This document shows positions 57,910-64,000 of a stretch of DNA of 64,000 nucleotides, piece after piece. Each line of letters starts with the position of its first letter. Position 1 is the first letter of the stretch. The position numbers and the translations under genes were made by a program. The notes under the pieces are model-generated. The model ran no database searches, had not been told where the DNA came from, and was given only the letters and a program-made list of their open reading frames with translations. This stretch comes from Chrysomallon squamiferum (taxonomy: Eukaryota; Animalia; Mollusca), in NCBI GenBank assembly GCA_012295275.1, contig CM022673.1, positions 20,708,001-20,772,000 on the forward strand, given 5' to 3'.

Positions 57910-58784
57910 TTGTGTATGGTGTTTCTTCCAGAGAAGTGGACCTTTAAATAAAAGGAAATTAGAAAGTGTAGACTAAATAAATTTTGTTACTTCAAAATTT
58001 TCTTTTTGGAGAACAGACTTTGTTAATATTAAGGAAAGAGAAGCATAATAATATATAATATGTAATAATTGATGAAAATAAAAGTTTATTCTTATTTTTT
58101 TCCTAGATGTACTTTCTCTATCGATTGTGTTCACTTACTGATATATAAAGTATTCTATAAGACTTTTAATGATAACAATATTTCCAGATGTTAAAAAGTT
58201 TTACACACCTTTCTTTTGTACTTGTCTGTCTGTGGAGTCTGGATAAAACACAAAAGCACATTTAACATATTACATTTTTATCATTACACTGTACACAAAT
58301 TAATGAACAAAGTAATATAAAATCTTAATATAAGTGTCATGAAATATAAAATCTAAATAGAATTTTTCCTAAAAGTTAATAAAGGAATAAACTATACTGA
58401 GATTTTTTTTTTTTTTTTAGTTTCACAATAAAGAAAATGTGAATGAATGGACTACATAATATTTTTCTTTTACAGAGGTCAGCAAAGAAAACAACAGACA
58501 ATACATGATGGGCTTACTGATTAAAACTAGATTTTTAAAGGCATTTTTCCCATAGGGATTCAATATTATTGATGAATCAATGATGGGGCTCTGACTGGAT
58601 TGGGAAATGGCTGTAAGTAGAACTGATCCTGTATATCTCAAAGCTCAACCACAATAAAGAGTCTAGCACAATCTCTAATGGGAATGCTGACATTAAACAC
58701 AACCATTAACTAGTCTTTATTTTACTTTTTAAAATTTTATTTATTTATTTATTTATTTATTTTTATTTATTATTATTATTATTA

Positions 58785-58826
<42 letters not shown>

Positions 58827-60474
58827 TGTTGTTGTTGTTGTTTCATTTTTTTGTCTGAAATTATGGAAAATGTTCAGCTGTAAATGACAGAACAACTTTA
58901 TTTATTAACAATTACTTTAAATATTTTCATCCAATTTTTTCGAATGATGGTTTTTTAAAAAATAATAATAAAATAAAATAAATTAAGTAATTTAAAAAGA
59001 AAAAACAAAGAAACCAAAAGAAAAAAAAAGGGAGTTTCACTTTTATACAATAATTTTTCTTAATCATTACAAAATATTGATTACAGCAATTTGTTTAATA
59101 TTTTAATCCATTTTTTCGTGATAGTTTATTAGAACTTAGACAACATTGAATTAAAATGTGGTTTTATATTAGTTGCAACTGTCAATGATTTATAAAGAAA
59201 TATATATTGCCAAGATAGCAATATATTGTAACTCGTTGCTAATTAAGTAGAATTATCATTTCAGCAGTGGAAAGATAATTTCTTTCATTTTCTAAAGAAT
59301 GGATATGTACATGATTTTAGTTGTTTATCGTTGCAAGGTGTCTCTTAAAACACTGCTGTACAGTAAATGTGCACGAATAGGCTGATTAAAAATACTTACC
59401 GGTCGGTGGAGTGTAGCCATCAATTTCAATATAGAACTGGAAAGTGAAATTATAGAATTAAGTTTAGTTTTGTAATGTTTAAAAATTACTTTCTTCTTAA
59501 CTTTTTAAAATGATTAATATTGTTTTAATTTCAATTGACAGAGTCAGGTAACTATGCAGTTGGTGGGGAAATATCACTGAGTTTCTAAACTATATTATGG
59601 TTTTATATTTCAGAGTTATAAATTAGATTTTAATCCATTCTAAATAAATATGTATTAGCTGATTTAGTAGAGAATATTAATAGAGGATATTAATTTTGTA
59701 AGGACAGTGTAATAAAATAAAATGTAACAACTGAATGTTTTCATCATATTAATGTTTGAAACTTACAATGAGGTCTTCTTCCTCCTCTCTCACACCTGTA
59801 TTATCCTGAAATGATGCATACCAATCAATTAACAACAAATAATTACCAGTAATCGATATTTTTCATTAAAATATTCCTCATAATTAAAAAAAAACAAAAA
59901 TACAAACAAAATAATAATGAAATAAAAATTTATTTAACGCTTAAAATTACTAGTAAATTAAACAATTAATACTGATGATAGTAAATTCTTATTTAATGAA
60001 AAGACATCTCCCGAAAACAAAGACTATATATGTATACTTAAAATAAATAAATAAATGAAAGAAAGAAAGGGAAAAAATATATATATTGCTTTAAATTACA
60101 AACAAAAAGAATATTAAAGTAATAATTACCGGGGTGTGTTCAAAGTCTTGAGAAGTCTTGGTCACTGGACATGTAAAATCTACAAGATTTACAGAACTTA
60201 GATAATCTTTTGAAAATATAATTACAAGATAGATAAATTGACATTTACAATTTTAAAATTCAGAATAAACATCCATTACACAATATTAAAATCTGTAAAC
60301 TTGTATTAGAATATTATATACATATGAATTTAAAATAATTTATAATTTATATCAAACTACAAATTGTTTCGTAGACTTTGTTTTGTCATTATTAAACAAA
60401 CATTGAAATATATGTGCTTTATGTACTGTGGCTAAAGAAACTGTATATTGTAAACTTAATTAAATACCCACCAT
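57910..60474 (-). CDS. Unknown gene of many tiny exons: 60468-60474, 60130-60179, 59767-59805, 59400-59436, 58209-58238, (58139-58154), 57910-57941; MVDFTCPVTKTSQDFEHTPDNTGVREEEEDLIFYIEIDGYTPPTDSTDRQVQKK...
   Basis: Each exon has an AG acceptor and GT donor, and the first five coding exons join with consistent phases (1,0,0,1,1) and no stop. Non-coding exon 1 ends at 61056 (CAG|gtatg). Further candidate exons at 57564-57573, 57380-57399 and 57203-57256; 3' end unresolved. Confidence 0.55.
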
Positions 60475-60852
60475 AGATTTCAAAAATATTTGTGTTATTC
60501 TGAAAAAGTAAAATAAAATTAAACATATAAATAATTTAACAATCAAGAATATTTTTATTAGTAGTATTGTTGTTGTTACTGGAATCAAAGAACTGTTTAG
60601 TAATGAACATATTTTTACCAATATTTACTTTCATGGTAGTTAAAATTTTAAAACACTTATGTTTCAATTCCCTTTAATATTTAAAGATATTAGATTAAAT
60701 TCAAATCAGATTCAATAATTCACGATTTTGATAACTCTAATTTGTATCATTTGTAAAATTTCTTTCATTAACAGTATTAATATTTGCTTATAATGTCTAA
60801 ATGCTCTGTTTAGAATAATGCTGTTGTTAGATTCTTCTCCTCCTCCTTCTTT

Positions 60853-60883
<31 letters not shown>

Positions 60884-60885
60884 TT

Positions 60886-60931
<46 letters not shown>

Positions 60932-61055
60932 AGATTTATTTGTATATTTGTTCGTTTGCTTGTTTCTTTATCCCAAGTTATGAAGTTCACAAAAAAGGTG
61001 TTCTAAATTAATTTGGAAAAAGTATTTAAAAGTGAAGAATACAAATAAAACATAC

Positions 61056-61115
61056 CTGGGTAGTATCGGCAGTGCCAGCGATTTCGTAGCCTTCCGGAAA
61101 ATATATATATTCACT
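61056..61115 (-). promoter_or_regulatory. First exon and core promoter of the unknown tiny-exon gene
   Basis: TATATATA run (61102-61109), CCGGAA ETS site and a short GC-rich segment ending in donor CAG|gtatg. Confidence 0.45.
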
Positions 61116-62319
61116 TTTAAAAAAAAAAAAGAGAAAAAGAAAAAAGAAAGATAATTAGAGGTACTGTATATTATATATATAATTAAAAAGTAGGGCTGTA
61201 AAATCCCTGCATATCGTAGACTTAGCTGAAATTCAAAGAGGCATAATACTGTAAATAGGATGAACAAAGTTATCTCCCTTCACCCGAAGTCGTTTAAATC
61301 CTAGAGCATAGCCTAATACAGAAACTGAGGGAACTAACTATGAATGTCATTGCTTTGATTAAAGTTAAGAAATCTTTTAAAAATGGAGTTATGTGGTAGT
61401 GGTACTAGTGACATTAAATCGTTATTGAAACAATCACATATATTCCTAATTTTAATATCTAAAAGTTTGAATGATCGGATAACAGTAGATAATAAATTTT
61501 ATTAATAGTAGATTTATAAAATCAAATATGAATATAAATCGGTAATCATGCAGTTTAAATCTTCGTGTTGTCGGCATTGACTGGTTTGTCCATAGACATA
61601 TAGTATTTTCGCAGCAAAAGAGTTATAAATCATAGCAAAACTGCAAGGTTACCAATAAATTTATCATACATAATTATAATGAATTTTGACGTGTTATAAA
61701 ATCTTACTTGATTCCAGGATATTCGTGTTTTTTTTTTTCCTCTTTCGAGAGAAAAAAGATTTTCTTAAGAAATTCATCTAGCAAAGCGATAATTAACAAC
61801 GCAAATCTGGTTGTCATAGATATGACGTCATATAATTCATTTCTAATTTTTATTTCTATGTTACATTCGGTTTGAACTGGGAACAGTCGGCAAAAAGACG
61901 TAAAACAGAAACGTTAATCTATTATCATAACGGAGTAGTTAGTGCATTTTCAGAAATGAATAAAACATCAGTTTATAAAATTACTGTAATATATTCCGTG
62001 GTGTTTCTTTATCTTTATTATTGTAGACATTATTTTATATTATTTCGTTTTATTTTAAAAGCTTCTTTTTTTTTTATCTGTTAAATGTAAATTGTGAATA
62101 ACAGCATGATAGTTGAACGAAATAATTGCAACATTTCATTATTGACTTCACAGGGCTGCATTTACTGAATTACGGGTATTTTATTTTTTTTTTTATTTTT
62201 TATTATTTATTTATTTTTAAACAACGACAACAAAAACAAACGAAAAAACAACATAAACAGACTGACAGACAGACAGTTAGACTGTAACCCCTCAACTTAA
62301 AAATTAATAATGGCCGGTA

Positions 62320-63151
62320 AATATTTGGAATTAACTCTCTTAATTTCTTTTAGCTCACTGGTAAAACGACGAAAGATTCAATATATAAATATATATGAAA
62401 ACACTGGAAGTCGAAAAAGTTTGGAACTTTAAAAAAAAAAAAAAAAAAAAAAAGAATTTTTTTTTTAAAATAACAAAAACCACCTAATTTGATCATGAAT
62501 TTTGATTTTCTCACAATATAACAATAATAAAAATATAAATCAATCAATCAACAGCAAACAGATGAATGAATAATTAAATAAATGAAATAAAATGAATAAA
62601 TCGTGGTAAATAAATAAAATGTAAAACAAATTTCCTTTTCATATTGTTTTCGTAATGGCAGAATATGTTTTAAAAATAGCAAATTCTCACTCTAACATGG
62701 ACACATATTTATTTATTTATTTATTTATTATTATGATGATGATGTAGATGATGTAAGCTAGGTAAGCACGAGTGTGGTGCTCCAGGATTTGGAGGTGCAT
62801 TTTACATAGAACATTAGTCATGGCCTGAATGCAGACGACATTGATTGAAAAGAGGAATATTTAAAATTAACTCCCTTAATATTTTAGCTCACTGGTAAAA
62901 CAACGAAATCAAATAAGCTAATACTTGTACATAAATTAAATATAAAAGAAATTACCTTTTCATATTAAATTTTTGATAATGGAGAATATGTTTTAGAAAT
63001 AGGACATTTTTGCGTCTCTAACATGGACACTAATTTAGTTATTTTATTTATTAAATATGATGATGAATTAAGCTAGGTGGTCCAAGATTTGGAGGACATT
63101 TTACGTAGAACATTCGTCATGGCCGGAACGCAGACCACATTAACTGAAAAG
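62320..63151. repeat. Diverged direct duplication (about 62320-62852 and 62856-63151)
   Basis: Shared blocks in the same order: aattaactc.cttaat..tttagctcactggtaaaac.acgaaa; ccttttcatatt; agaatatgtttta; ctctaacatggacac; gatttggagg..cattttac.tagaacatt.gtcatggcc. Confidence 0.8.
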
Positions 63152-64000
63152 TAAATTGTTTATAAGCACTTCGTTGTCTATGACAAGTACTGAAGTAAGA
63201 GAAACATACGATATCGAAGTGATCAGACTAAATCATTTGTTTTGAAAAAATAAAGAATAAATGTTTTCTTGTTGTTATTTTTTCTATTTTTTTAACCCAA
63301 ACCTTAATCCCAAGCTTAACCCAAACTCTGACAATAACCACAACCCTAAAACTGATTCTAACGCTAATCCTAAAGCAACAAAGGTCATTTTCACAACCAG
63401 AAGTTGCGGGTTACCCCCGAAGTTGAAATTGCGTTGGCGCCACCAATCCTTTGGAAGTGCCCTGCAGTTGCCCCTAGCCCTCTGAGTCGTATACCTATAA
63501 ATATTTTAATACACACATATATATAAATGGGTTTCTTTTTGTCTGTAATCAGGTATGTTTCTGTACCCATCTACATACATGGATGTTTTTCTTTAGTCAG
63601 TGTATTTTTGCCAATATATATTATGGTCACTAGCAATGAATATATTTAAATACATATATTGCAGGATGCTGATTAGTAAAGCCATGTAGCAACTACATTT
63701 TGTAGGGCATCTGATGCTTATTTTCAAATTAATTTTTGTAACTAAATACAGTGCTTATTTATTTATTTGATTGTTTTTAGGATGCAACAATTCAGTCAAA
63801 ATATGTATTTGTATGTGTTTGATATAATGTAATTCCTAACCTTATTCAACATCATCATAGGCTGGACATTAATTATTGGTTATTATCACACTGATGTTTG
63901 TAATTTGGAGAAATCTTAAGAGGAAACTTGCGAAAATTTGATAGATGCTGTAATTAAATAAATTATTAAATGCACTGAATAGTACATTTTATTTAAAAAT

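Overview
AT-rich, microsatellite-dense animal (invertebrate-like) genomic DNA. Almost all ORFs in the supplied track are microsatellite artefacts; the real genes are spliced and had to be read from splice signals. (1) A minus-strand gene of about 32 kb (CDS 44442->12548) encodes a 91-aa secreted prohormone/neuropeptide-like precursor that I do not recognise. It has a signal peptide and RIKR, KR and KRR cleavage sites, and its central peptide is built from symmetric phase-0 micro-exons of 9, 12, 15 and 24 nt (possibly also 6 and 3 nt). (2) POLR2L/RPB10 (67 aa, two coding exons, minus strand, 48883-49870). (3) A decayed NOF/Mutator-like DDE transposase followed in the same orientation by a USP (peptidase C19) domain remnant (about 53100-55450, plus strand). 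(4) A second unknown gene of many tiny exons (about 57200-61080, minus strand) converging on the transposase. (5) MITEs, a 140-bp inverted-repeat pair, a 210-bp palindrome, a decayed tRNA-Cys, tandem duplications and minisatellites. All gene models were built by hand, without transcript data or database searches.
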